Of a DNA stretch of 64,000 nucleotides, positions 17,627 through 26,237 are shown one piece after another. Position 1 is the stretch's first letter. The number at the start of each line of letters is the position of its first letter. A program made the position numbers and the translations under genes. A model generated the notes under the pieces. That model searched no databases, was not told the DNA's origin, and saw nothing but the letters and a program-made list of their open reading frames with translations. Source of the DNA: Escherichia phage KK4; sequence record OR327750.1; one strand, 5' to 3'.

Positions 17627-17905
17627 TTATTCTTTAAATCTAATCAATTTATTCATAGACTTTGAAACTTCTGCACGAACCTCATGTAGATTTTTGAGCT
17701 GTTCAAGACGCTGCTCATAGTAAGCAATTTCATCTTCTTCGAGACAGTCCTGTGAATCTTCTTTAAGATACCGTGCATAGTCCTGGAAAGCGTTACGGAC
17801 TACTTCCTGGAAGTCATCAAGACTTTGAATTTTCTTAGGAGCAGCAGACACACGACGAGGGGCAGTATAATACTCATAACCAAACCCTGCGCTTAATTGA
17901 GCCAT
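17627..17905 (-). CDS. hypothetical protein, 92 aa (vs.3 position)
   Basis: ATG after AGGA; TAATG overlap with upstream gene. Confidence 0.45.
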   Translation of the reverse strand: MAQLSAGFGYEYYTAPRRVSAAPKKIQSLDDFQEVVRNAFQDYARYLKEDSQDCLEEDEIAYYEQRLEQLKNLHEVRAEVSKSMNKLIRFKE

Positions 17906-18171
17906 TAATATTTTTCCTCTGGTTGGAACACAGCACGACAAGCCCACATACTAGCTTCTTTGAGTTTCGTTTTAGCAATAGCTAACTGATCGAGGCTTTC
18001 AGCATAATTCTTCGCGAGTTCAAAGTCTTCGCAATTATCTAGTGCTTCCCAGAATTCATCATATAAAGCATCAAAGATAAGTCCTAAACGAACTTCAGCG
18101 TCTTTAATAGCATTTACTTTACCGATTTTTTCGTCGGTATGTGGCTTATAACCTTTAATATCTTCAATCAT
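17905..18171 (-). CDS. hypothetical protein, 88 aa (vs.4 position; candidate Acb2-like sponge by synteny only)
   Basis: Second ORF after regB; ATGATTGA overlap with upstream gene. Confidence 0.4.
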   Translation of the reverse strand: MIEDIKGYKPHTDEKIGKVNAIKDAEVRLGLIFDALYDEFWEALDNCEDFELAKNYAESLDQLAIAKTKLKEASMWACRAVFQPEEKY

Positions 18172-18385
18172 ATTTGACTTCCTCACCAGTACATAAATCG
18201 TATTCAACTAAACGAATAGGTTCATGAATGCCATATCCCTGAACAGAAATTTCTGTCGTAGGATAAATTCCACTAATATCACCCATATTCCACGCTTCAT
18301 TAAATTGCTGTTCGCCTGAATTACTAAACCATTCTGCGAAAGCATTTAACACATCTTTAGAACCTTCAATAATTATCTTTGCCAT
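18164..18385 (-). CDS. hypothetical protein, 73 aa
   Basis: Minus ORF, ATG start. Confidence 0.45.
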   Translation of the reverse strand: MAKIIIEGSKDVLNAFAEWFSNSGEQQFNEAWNMGDISGIYPTTEISVQGYGIHEPIRLVEYDLCTGEEVKYD

Positions 18386-18747
18386 TACAAGCTCTCAGTA
18401 AAGGTACGAGCGATAACGTCGCGCTGCTGTTCCGGAGTCAGAGAGTTAAAGCGAACTGCATAACCGGATACACGGATGGTCAGCTGCGGATATTTTTCCG
18501 GATGCTTAACTGCATCTTCCAGAGTTTCACGACGCAGAACGTTAACGTTCAGGTGTTGACCACCTTCAATTTTAACTGTAGGCTGTTGCTCAATTTCAAT
18601 TTCACGGGCATGCAAACCATAGAAAATTTCTGGGTCTACAAAAGAGTCCTCTTTAAAGGTTTTAGAGACAATAATTCGTGCTTGAATACCATCTTCAAAA
18701 TAAATAGTACCTTTATGTGTGCCTTCAAGAATTTGATATGCTTTCAT
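18385..18747 (-). CDS. autonomous glycyl-radical cofactor, GrcA/YfiD-like (T4 Y06I-like)
   Basis: C-terminal ~60 aa [63 protein letters not shown] matches E. coli GrcA glycyl-radical domain from memory; locally higher GC. Confidence 0.8.
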   Translation of the reverse strand: MKAYQILEGTHKGTIYFEDGIQARIIVSKTFKEDSFVDPEIFYGLHAREIEIEQQPTVKIEGGQHLNVNVLRRETLEDAVKHPEKYPQLTIRVSGYAVRFNSLTPEQQRDVIARTFTESL

Positions 18748-18753
18748 ATAACC

Positions 18754-19083
18754 TCAATTAGAAAATAATTTTATCCAAGATTGTTCTTTAATTAAAAATG
18801 GCTCAGAATCATATGCCATTAAACTTTGAGTAATTAATCCTTTAAATGGTCCATCAATAAATTCCATGGTAAAATATGGAATTTTATTCATTAATCTTGC
18901 ATTAGGAGCAGTGCACAAAACTCTGCATCCTTTGAATACACCTTTTTGTAATTTGTATTGCTTGGGATAAAATTCGCTCAAGACGTTGTTATTTGCCAAA
19001 ATTTCAAAATGATTCACCAATTTATTTTTAATAGTTTTTGGCGAAAAATAAAGATATTCGAAAAGTTGCGTATCTGTCATCAT
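18754..19083 (-). CDS. hypothetical protein, ~109 aa
   Basis: Start at tandem ATG ATG overlapping upstream stop. Confidence 0.45.
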   Translation of the reverse strand: MMTDTQLFEYLYFSPKTIKNKLVNHFEILANNNVLSEFYPKQYKLQKGVFKGCRVLCTAPNARLMNKIPYFTMEFIDGPFKGLITQSLMAYDSEPFLIKEQSWIKLFSN

Positions 19084-19619
19084 TGCATTCCAATTACGAA
19101 AAACTGCGGACGAGTAATACCGCCAATGCAGCATTTACTATTGCAGCAGTGTTGCACAGTTTCAATATGAATATCGTAAATCTTATCCATATCAGGAGAT
19201 TTGACAGGCTCATCAATTATATACAAAATTCGCGAAAGCGATAAACCTCTGAACTTGCTTCCTTTATTACCAATAAAACTGCGTACAGAATCAGTAAATA
19301 AACGAAAACGTATATCATCATTAGAATAACGTGAAAATTCCTTTTTAATGTTATTTGCAGAAATTTTAGCGTAAGCTGAAGTATTAGAAAGAACAATAAC
19401 TGTTCCGCCATCATACAACCAATTAGCAGCAAAGTTAGTCACAGCAATTGATTTACCAGATTGACGTCCACCGTCTAGTCGAAGTGTGCAATACTGTTTA
19501 AGCAAGTCTTCAAATGGCAGGATATATTCGTTTTTACAAATTTCTTCTACTCTAGCATCAGAATGGTGTGTAAAAGCATTCATCAGGGATAGATAAGGAC
19601 CAGTTAAAAATGTTCTCAT
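19080..19619 (-). CDS. small P-loop NTPase-like protein, 179 aa from ATG after AGAGAGAA
   Basis: Walker A GGRQSGKS and Walker-B-like ILYIIDEP. Confidence 0.5.
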   Translation of the reverse strand: MRTFLTGPYLSLMNAFTHHSDARVEEICKNEYILPFEDLLKQYCTLRLDGGRQSGKSIAVTNFAANWLYDGGTVIVLSNTSAYAKISANNIKKEFSRYSNDDIRFRLFTDSVRSFIGNKGSKFRGLSLSRILYIIDEPVKSPDMDKIYDIHIETVQHCCNSKCCIGGITRPQFFVIGMQ

Positions 19620-19764
19620 TTTATTCTCTCTAAATTTGGGCCATTCCATGGCGCATGAATTGTCCATTTCTGTATTTACCCATTACCGCACTTGGGCTCG
19701 ACCTTATTACAGGTTGGTGGGAATCCCTCACAGAATCATGAGGTCCAGGTTATTCCCATGTTAT

Positions 19765-20181
19765 TTAAATGTAAATATTTTTGCCGTAATACTTATACCA
19801 GTGTGGCTTCATTAAAATTTTTTCATCGAGTCGTTGTTGACTCAACTTAATAGCTGATTTGCATGGATTATAATCATTTTTCCATTCTACTGGAATATCG
19901 CTGATGTCAGGAACTTCAGTATCTTTTATACTGAACCCGCGTTTTAAGCATTCCGTTATAATGTCCGATTGACGCTTTCGCAAAAATTCTAACTTATCGT
20001 AAAAGAAAGTAACATGACCAGAACCTAAAATAAATTTAGAAGATATTTTAAAATCTTTAACGCGCTTACCGTTTGCCACATGCTTACGAACTATACCAAA
20101 AACACGCGGCAATTCACGGTATTCTGCGATTAAATGTTGATCAGCAAGTTCAGATACTAAAGTCAAATTAATACGAGTCAT
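19765..20181 (-). CDS. denV: endonuclease V (pyrimidine dimer DNA glycosylase)
   Basis: 138 aa; [37 protein letters not shown] matches T4 DenV from memory. Confidence 0.9.
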   Translation of the reverse strand: MTRINLTLVSELADQHLIAEYRELPRVFGIVRKHVANGKRVKDFKISSKFILGSGHVTFFYDKLEFLRKRQSDIITECLKRGFSIKDTEVPDISDIPVEWKNDYNPCKSAIKLSQQRLDEKILMKPHWYKYYGKNIYI

Positions 20182-20206
20182 TTTATCCCTCCAAGTAACT
20201 GTGAAT

Positions 20207-20236
20207 ATACTATCACAATTCTAGGAGAAAGTAAAT
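20207..20236 (-). promoter_or_regulatory. early promoter of denV
   Basis: ATTTAC-N18-TAGTAT on minus strand. Confidence 0.5.
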
Positions 20237-20240
20237 AGCT

Positions 20241-20771
<531 letters not shown>

Positions 20772-21227
20772 TTAAAAGAGGCTGTTCATTATTCGGTAAA
20801 GTGAAGGACCCATCACATATTGCCACTGAGTACGAGGAATAAGAGCAAAAGCATCCATCTCTGGAATCATAACGCCATCTTTATTTTCAAAATAAGACTC
20901 GCAATGGCAATTTCTAAACATCTCATGCTTTACTGGAATCGTATAATAAAATAACTGTAAGTCTTTATTACTAGAATATTTAAATACACCTAAGTCTTCT
21001 AGAAGGTCTGGATTATAATCGATAAAACCAGTCTCTTCTGAGCATTCTCTTTTTGCAGCTTCCAGTGCATTCAAATCAGAACTTTCTACACGCCCCTTTG
21101 GAATATCCCAGCGATGTGCAATCATTCCAGGTTTACGAGAACCGGTAACTCGTCCCATAAATAAATCTTTATCTTCTGTCATAAAGATAATACCAGCTGA
21201 TAATGTTTTCATTTTAATTTCCTGCAT
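20772..21227 (-). CDS. nudE: Nudix hydrolase NudE
   Basis: 151 aa; Nudix box GRVESSDLNALEAAKRECSEETG. Confidence 0.85.
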   Translation of the reverse strand: MQEIKMKTLSAGIIFMTEDKDLFMGRVTGSRKPGMIAHRWDIPKGRVESSDLNALEAAKRECSEETGFIDYNPDLLEDLGVFKYSSNKDLQLFYYTIPVKHEMFRNCHCESYFENKDGVMIPEMDAFALIPRTQWQYVMGPSLYRIMNSLF

Positions 21228-21697
21228 TCAGTGATAAAATTATTTAATTTTTGAGCATATTTCTTTTCATCAAAAATCTTTTGTTGTCTGCGTAAACGCC
21301 ATGGCATTTCAATGAACATACGCCATATTCCTGATAATACTGCTGCTGTAAAAATATTAACAAGTATAGTTAAAAGAACCCAATCTCCTATTCTGTCCAT
21401 TGGATTTTTTATAAAAAAGTAAAATACGAACGATGATATAGGAAGACTAATGATATACCACAGAAGAACCTTCTTATCTGTGAACCAATCAGCATTCGTT
21501 AACTTAGCGCGACCGTTTTGAATACATACGAACTTATCATCTGTTACAGTAAATGGCTTAGCTGCTTGATATCCCATTCTAAACTCCCTAATTAATCGTT
21601 TCTTTGTATCTTCAGAACAGCCGCTCCAGTCAACTCTATCAACTGAAATGCCATCGTCCCCATCATCTAAATCATACCAGCGAGTTTTTAAAATCAT
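21209..21697 (-). CDS. small membrane protein, 162 aa (2 predicted TM helices)
   Basis: Hydrophobic segments LLWYIISLPISSFVFYFFI and WVLLTILVNIFTAAVLSGIW; C-terminal FITECRKLK. Confidence 0.5.
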   Translation of the reverse strand: MILKTRWYDLDDGDDGISVDRVDWSGCSEDTKKRLIREFRMGYQAAKPFTVTDDKFVCIQNGRAKLTNADWFTDKKVLLWYIISLPISSFVFYFFIKNPMDRIGDWVLLTILVNIFTAAVLSGIWRMFIEMPWRLRRQQKIFDEKKYAQKLNNFITECRKLK

Positions 21698-22056
21698 TTA
21701 ATTTTCCTACAATCACTCACAAACTCTTCCATTGATTCTTTTTCAATATAAGACATATAGCTATTATATTCCTTTAATTGTATTTTGTAATCCTTTTTTC
21801 TTTGCCAATTTATTTTAAAATTATCATAATGAAAATATAACATGGTACCAAAGAATGAAAATAATGAAATCGCTATAGTATAACAAAGCTCACTCCAAAC
21901 TTCTGTTATATTTACTGTGCCGTCGATGTTTAAAATAAGACAGTCAATCATTAATCCAATAAGACTACCTGCAAGAGCTGCAAATGCTGATATGGCAAGA
22001 ATTAATAGTGCCTCTGGAAACGAATATTTGACTTTATTTAGTTTTGGCTTTTGCAT
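21694..22056 (-). CDS. small membrane protein, 120 aa (2 predicted TM helices)
   Basis: Hydrophobic segments; C-terminal EEFVSDCRKIK; ATGA overlap. Confidence 0.5.
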   Translation of the reverse strand: MQKPKLNKVKYSFPEALLILAISAFAALAGSLIGLMIDCLILNIDGTVNITEVWSELCYTIAISLFSFFGTMLYFHYDNFKINWQRKKDYKIQLKEYNSYMSYIEKESMEEFVSDCRKIK

Positions 22057-22430
22057 CGTGATTCCTTAACAAATTTCATAATTTCATTAAATTCATACGC
22101 AGCAAGTTTAAGCTGATGTTCCTTTTTAATCTTTTTACACTGAGCTTTCCATTCGCGTACGCGTTTACGATAATGTCTTCCTTGATACCAGTATCCTACC
22201 CAATTTACAGGTACTAATAAAAATGGAACTACTAATGGAAGAATTAATACTAACAGAAATACTGCGTCTGATTCAATATCAGTAGTAACATCTATAACTA
22301 TTCCAATAATCATTAGGATTATAAATGATACAGCTGTCACAGGACCTACTAATACATCAGTAGGAATTAGCTGGCGCTTTAATTCATACTTCAACGGTTT
22401 ACTTGGAAGGTATAGTGATGGTTTTGACAT
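22038..22430 (-). CDS. small membrane protein, ~130 aa (2 predicted TM helices)
   Basis: Start at MSKPSLYLP; C-terminal KFVKESRCK. Confidence 0.45.
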   Translation of the reverse strand: MSKPSLYLPSKPLKYELKRQLIPTDVLVGPVTAVSFIILMIIGIVIDVTTDIESDAVFLLVLILPLVVPFLLVPVNWVGYWYQGRHYRKRVREWKAQCKKIKKEHQLKLAAYEFNEIMKFVKESRCKSQN

Positions 22431-23013
22431 ATTCTCTACATTCCTTAACAAATTTTTCTAGTAATAAATCGCTTTCAAAATTGGGATTTTCTACGAATTT
22501 ATCAAAAAGATCATCAACAATAGTTAAGATATTCTTTTTACTAAGAATACGTTTATTTTCATGCTTCGTTTCAGAATCAACTATAAGAGTAAAGAAATAT
22601 TTCTTGCCCTGAAATTTTACAGTAGTATCAATATAAAATAAATTTGACTTTTGTAAATTACGTTTAAACCATGCGTCACTTAAACTATAAACACCGAGAT
22701 AATCAAAATCGTCGTTTAAATAACAAACCGTCCATTCAGGAGAAATGAAATCAGTAAATTCAACATCAAAATCACACGTCAATGAATGAATTGATTCAAT
22801 ACTGTTAATGAGTATTCCAGGACGTATTAAAGACTTTTTACCTCTAGAAAATCTTCCGGAAAGGCTTTCATCAGTTTCATATGAAGACCCCCAATAGTAA
22901 TTACGTCCTTCTGCCATGCGTTTAAGAGCATTTAGTAATTGGTCTGGAACATCAACCTGTCTTTGGAACTCTTCAAACATTGAATTGAAATCACTTTGCA
23001 TTTTCATTTTCAT
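22399..23013 (-). CDS. hypothetical protein, 204 aa
   Basis: ATG after GGAG; C-terminal KFVKECREY encoded by the conserved junction sequence aaatttgttaaggaat. Confidence 0.5.
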   Translation of the reverse strand: MKMKMQSDFNSMFEEFQRQVDVPDQLLNALKRMAEGRNYYWGSSYETDESLSGRFSRGKKSLIRPGILINSIESIHSLTCDFDVEFTDFISPEWTVCYLNDDFDYLGVYSLSDAWFKRNLQKSNLFYIDTTVKFQGKKYFFTLIVDSETKHENKRILSKKNILTIVDDLFDKFVENPNFESDLLLEKFVKECREYVKTITIPSK

Positions 23014-23032
23014 TCCTATTTACTCCAAGTAT

Positions 23033-23050
23033 AAGGGGCCGAAGCCCCTT
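23033..23050 (-). terminator. stem-loop (possible terminator or RNA-stability element)
   Basis: AAGGGGC-cgaa-GCCCCTT hairpin right after stop; weak U-tract. Confidence 0.35.
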
Positions 23051-23054
23051 ATCA

Positions 23055-23648
23055 TTATTTCAGAGAATTAATGTATTCCTGAACATCGGCAGAGGTAGTT
23101 TCAACCCCAGAAATATTACCGTTAAAGGTTTCAACTCGAGCAAGGGTATCTTCAATATCAACCTTAGTCAGTGCTGCAATTTCAACTACATCATCAGCAG
23201 TACTAATTCCAAGGGCATTTGCTGCACGAGTTTCACGGATATATTCCAATTTAACCGCAAGTTCTTGACGAGCATCATCTAACTCAACTACTTTCTTGGC
23301 GATTTCAATTCGCATTTCAGCATAACCGTCAGCCTTAGTAGTCAACTGCTCAGCTGTTCGACGATATAGTAAACCGAGTTTAGCATGCATTGTTACATCT
23401 TGGCCTTCGGAAAGAAGTTTACGAATTTCACGCTCTTTTGATTCGGCCTGTCGATTCTTTTCGATAACAAGTTCACGAATACGTTTTTCTTCGTTAATAG
23501 ATTTAACAGAAGCAGTTTTTAGATCTTTAATTTTATCAAGTAGTTTTGCTGCTGCAGCAGTATACTGTTCTTCGACAGATAGATTTTTAGCCATAGCAGA
23601 ACCAAGTTTAGTGCGAATAAACTCAACAATTTTCTTCAGTGTGTTCAT
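23055..23648 (-). CDS. long alpha-helical coiled-coil protein, 197 aa (PspA/IM30-like architecture, tentative)
   Basis: Charged heptad-rich sequence throughout; own early promoter; stem-loop downstream. Confidence 0.5.
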   Translation of the reverse strand: MNTLKKIVEFIRTKLGSAMAKNLSVEEQYTAAAAKLLDKIKDLKTASVKSINEEKRIRELVIEKNRQAESKEREIRKLLSEGQDVTMHAKLGLLYRRTAEQLTTKADGYAEMRIEIAKKVVELDDARQELAVKLEYIRETRAANALGISTADDVVEIAALTKVDIEDTLARVETFNGNISGVETTSADVQEYINSLK

Positions 23649-23719
23649 AGTATTTCCTTAGGTTAATTGAGATTTAAAATCCGTAGGAGTATAATACTCT
23701 ATCGTCAAATTATAGGCTC

Positions 23720-23749
23720 ATAATATCTCAATCATGAGCCTGCGTAAAC
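23720..23749 (-). promoter_or_regulatory. T4-type early promoter upstream of coiled-coil protein gene
   Basis: GTTTAC-N18-TATTAT; overlaps 8-bp inverted repeat AGGCTCAT/ATGAGCCT. Confidence 0.5.
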
Positions 23750-24013
23750 TTATTTCATATTATTGAAATATTCTTCTGCGATTTCGTCGTTATCATGGTA
23801 AACTTTAGAAGACAGTTTAACATAACCTTCTGCTGTGAACATATTAATCACAACTTTTACAGTATACCACTGACCGTCTTCATTACCCATTACTGCGTAA
23901 GTTTCAAACATCGGATGATCAGGACCGATAACTTTAATATCATTCACTGTACGACCGAAATCTTCTGAAACGCATTTCATAAAGAAGTTGAACAGTTCGC
24001 CGTAATTATCCAT
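23750..24013 (-). CDS. hypothetical protein, 87 aa (start at MDNYGELF after GGAG)
   Basis: Longer ORF-track form reads through the promoter cassette. Confidence 0.45.
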   Translation of the reverse strand: MDNYGELFNFFMKCVSEDFGRTVNDIKVIGPDHPMFETYAVMGNEDGQWYTVKVVINMFTAEGYVKLSSKVYHDNDEIAEEYFNNMK

Positions 24014-24056
24014 TTCATTCTCCAAGTTGTTTTCTGTATCAGTAGTTGATAGTTGT

Positions 24057-24086
24057 ATAGTACCATGGAAGAACAGAGATGTAAAC
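24057..24086 (-). promoter_or_regulatory. T4-type early promoter cassette
   Basis: GTTTAC-N18-TACTAT with conserved 21-nt leader. Confidence 0.55.
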
Positions 24087-24209
24087 AGTTTTGTGAAAAA
24101 ATTTTTAGGGAATTCTAGGGCAGGGATGGGCAATTAAAGGATAGGATAATATATTATAAAGGGTATAAACTAAATGATGCCTAGAGAGGTCCAGAAAGGC
24201 CTAGATACC

Positions 24210-24234
24210 AAAAAGCCCTATCATTTAGATAGGG
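24210..24234 (-). terminator. rho-independent terminator after IPIII-like gene
   Basis: Hairpin CCCTATC-N5-GATAGGG then U-run on minus strand. Confidence 0.6.
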
Positions 24235-24242
24235 ATTTAAAA

Positions 24243-24806
24243 TTATTTACCTAGTTTACTTATTATAGCTTCTGCAGCAGCTTTTAGCTTAGATGCAGTG
24301 TTAATACGATTTTTAATTTCAGTATACGCATCGCCAAGAACATCAAGGCTATCAGAATAAACACTTACACTATTGCGTTCGCTATTTGAAATAGAACCTT
24401 TAGTTTTGCGGTCAAAATCGGTGTACACGTCTTGAAGATCGCGGGCTGCCTTCTTTGCATCATCCAATGCATCAAGAGCTTTATTCAAAGCATTAACGTA
24501 TTTTTTAGTGTCGAACATATTCTTAGAAATTTTAACAGGTGCGCGTTCAGGAGTAGCTAACACAGATTTAGGAACCTGAGCGCCAGATGCCAATTTCTTA
24601 GAAATTTTGAAAAATGCTTTATTGAATTTATTTTCTTGACTCATTGTAAAAGAACTATTATCGATGTTGTACATTTCAATAGCTTTAGCTTTCCACTTAA
24701 GAAAATCGCCGCGGTCTTTTGGGTCCAATTGGAAGAATACTTTAGTAAGATCTGCTTCAGATGGTAATTTTGCTGCTTCGGTTAAAAATTCGGCATAGGT
24801 TTTCAT
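24243..24806 (-). CDS. internal-protein-like head protein with capsid targeting sequence (IPIII-like), 187 aa
   Basis: N-terminus MKTYAEFLTE resembles T4 IP capsid targeting sequence MKTxxEF...E; Lys/Ala-rich; terminator downstream. Confidence 0.6.
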   Translation of the reverse strand: MKTYAEFLTEAAKLPSEADLTKVFFQLDPKDRGDFLKWKAKAIEMYNIDNSSFTMSQENKFNKAFFKISKKLASGAQVPKSVLATPERAPVKISKNMFDTKKYVNALNKALDALDDAKKAARDLQDVYTDFDRKTKGSISNSERNSVSVYSDSLDVLGDAYTEIKNRINTASKLKAAAEAIISKLGK

Positions 24807-24896
24807 TTAAAATCCTTGAAATAATTTATCGGTTGGTTATTAATTATTTATTACTTTGTTACTATCCGTAACAGCGTTATCCGAGTGATTCAAACT

Positions 24897-24923
24897 AAAA
24901 AGCCCCAACCTTTCGGTCGGGGC
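24897..24923 (-). terminator. rho-independent terminator after IPII-like gene
   Basis: Hairpin GCCCCGACC-gaaa-GGTTGGGGC then UUUUU; identical copy at 25454-25480. Confidence 0.7.
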
Positions 24924-24931
24924 TAAGAATG

Positions 24932-25405
24932 TCATTTGATTTGTTTAGCAGACCAAATGCGGTCTTTAATAATTTTTTGGATGTCTTCAACATACTCAAG
25001 AGAGTGAACATGTGGATTATCTTTGAAACTATAAGCACGGGCTAACTTTTGGCCTTCGGTTTTGATTACTAAAAGCTCTTTAAGGATAGCTTCATATTTA
25101 GCGATAATTCCTTTAACGATATTTTTTTCTTGTGCCGCTTTAGGATCTGCTTTAGGAGCAGGTTTACCCGAAGCCTTTGCAAAAGCAGCGCCAGTAGCAA
25201 CTAAACTTTTCCAGGCCATACTAACTGCATTTCCCGTAAATCCTTCCGCTTTCATGTCGCGTGCAAACTGGAATCGCGATTCATCAGAAGCATCTTTATA
25301 GGAATATTTACCCGCGGCAATGGCAGCTTTTGCAACAGCTTGAATTTCGGTGCTAGATGCTTCATTTAACACCGCTTCATTTAAAAATTGAGTATATGAT
25401 TTCAT
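24932..25405 (-). CDS. internal-protein-like head protein with capsid targeting sequence (IPII-like), 157 aa
   Basis: Starts MKSYTQFLNE; TATAAATA late promoter upstream; ORF-track N-terminal extension rejected because it reads through terminator and promoter. Confidence 0.55.
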   Translation of the reverse strand: MKSYTQFLNEAVLNEASSTEIQAVAKAAIAAGKYSYKDASDESRFQFARDMKAEGFTGNAVSMAWKSLVATGAAFAKASGKPAPKADPKAAQEKNIVKGIIAKYEAILKELLVIKTEGQKLARAYSFKDNPHVHSLEYVEDIQKIIKDRIWSAKQIK

Positions 25406-25443
25406 CTTATTTCCTGTTTTAATTTGTAGATTTAATATACTAA

Positions 25444-25451
25444 TATTTATA
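25444..25451 (-). promoter_or_regulatory. T4 late promoter motif TATAAATA upstream of IPII-like gene
   Basis: Exact octamer on minus strand ~39 nt upstream of ATG at 25405. Confidence 0.5.
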
Positions 25452-25453
25452 CC

Positions 25454-25480
25454 AAAAAGCCCCAACCTTTCGGTCGGGGC
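25454..25480 (-). terminator. rho-independent terminator at end of tRNA/small-RNA transcription unit
   Basis: Same hairpin and U-run as 24897-24923. Confidence 0.7.
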
Positions 25481-25487
25481 TAAGCCT

Positions 25488-25788
25488 TGCGGCAACCTTG
25501 TCGGGGTTCCACCTGCTAAGGCAAGTGTTTGTACGAAACGCCGGGATTCGAACCCGGTTATTAAGTAGTTGACGCTACTCAATATTTTTAAAAGGCCATA
25601 TCTCGACCATATCCGAACGTTCCGTCAAAAACGCTACTCGGCTTACGGCAAAGATATTTCCTCGAATCGATAATTCGGTGCGCCGTTTCTGCTGTGATAG
25701 TAAAGAGCCAGAACACAGTAAAACTGTGGGAGGAAACTATACTCCAGGGAACATCAGTCCGACGACTTACCGGTAGCGACCCGGTTTC
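25488..25788 (-). ncRNA. structured non-coding region distal to the tRNA cluster; possible small stable RNA(s) with a tRNA-like T-arm
   Basis: No credible ORF; several hairpins; CCGGGTTCGAATCCCGG T-arm-like element at 25541-25557; position equals that of T4 species 1/2 RNAs from memory. Confidence 0.3.
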
Positions 25789-26139
25789 TTAATATTCTTT
25801 TAAAGAATCAATATATTCACGGCGTTTACGCCACAAATCAATTGCTTCATACGCGGATTCAGCATTTCGAATTAGCCGGCATTTATGTAAAGACTTATGA
25901 TTTTGATATTGTGTAGATAACGGAATTGTATCTAAAAGGTCTTTACGATCAAAATATTCGTAACCATCTAAACCAAATGAACGATTTTTGAGAAATTGCC
26001 AATGACCAAATTCGTTTTGAATATAAATATAATCCGCGTGTTGATAAAGTAAATTAATTTCACGAAATGAGATATGTTTTTCATATTCATTGAAGTAAAA
26101 TGTTAAATCATGAACTACTAAATAAACATTACCTTTCAT
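25789..26139 (-). CDS. hypothetical protein, 116 aa, embedded in the tRNA operon
   Basis: ATG after GAGGAAAA, 19 nt downstream of tRNA-Arg. Confidence 0.45.
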   Translation of the reverse strand: MKGNVYLVVHDLTFYFNEYEKHISFREINLLYQHADYIYIQNEFGHWQFLKNRSFGLDGYEYFDRKDLLDTIPLSTQYQNHKSLHKCRLIRNAESAYEAIDLWRKRREYIDSLKEY

Positions 26140-26157
26140 ATTTTCCTCACTTATAAT

Positions 26158-26233
26158 TGGTCGAGGCAGTAGGGATCGAACCTACGACCTAGGACTTAGA
26201 AGGTCCTTGCTCTTCCTTCTGAGCTATGCCCCG
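26158..26233 (-). tRNA. tRNA-Arg (anticodon UCU)
   Basis: Manual cloverleaf: 7-bp acceptor, T-loop TTCGATC, anticodon loop CTTCTAA, encoded CCA. Confidence 0.8.
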
Positions 26234-26237
26234 TAAT

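Noticed and set aside
19668-19764. Possible structured RNA between the P-loop NTPase gene and denV
   Set aside because: Only a short 5-bp hairpin (CCTCA/TGAGG) could be built; insufficient evidence for an RNA gene
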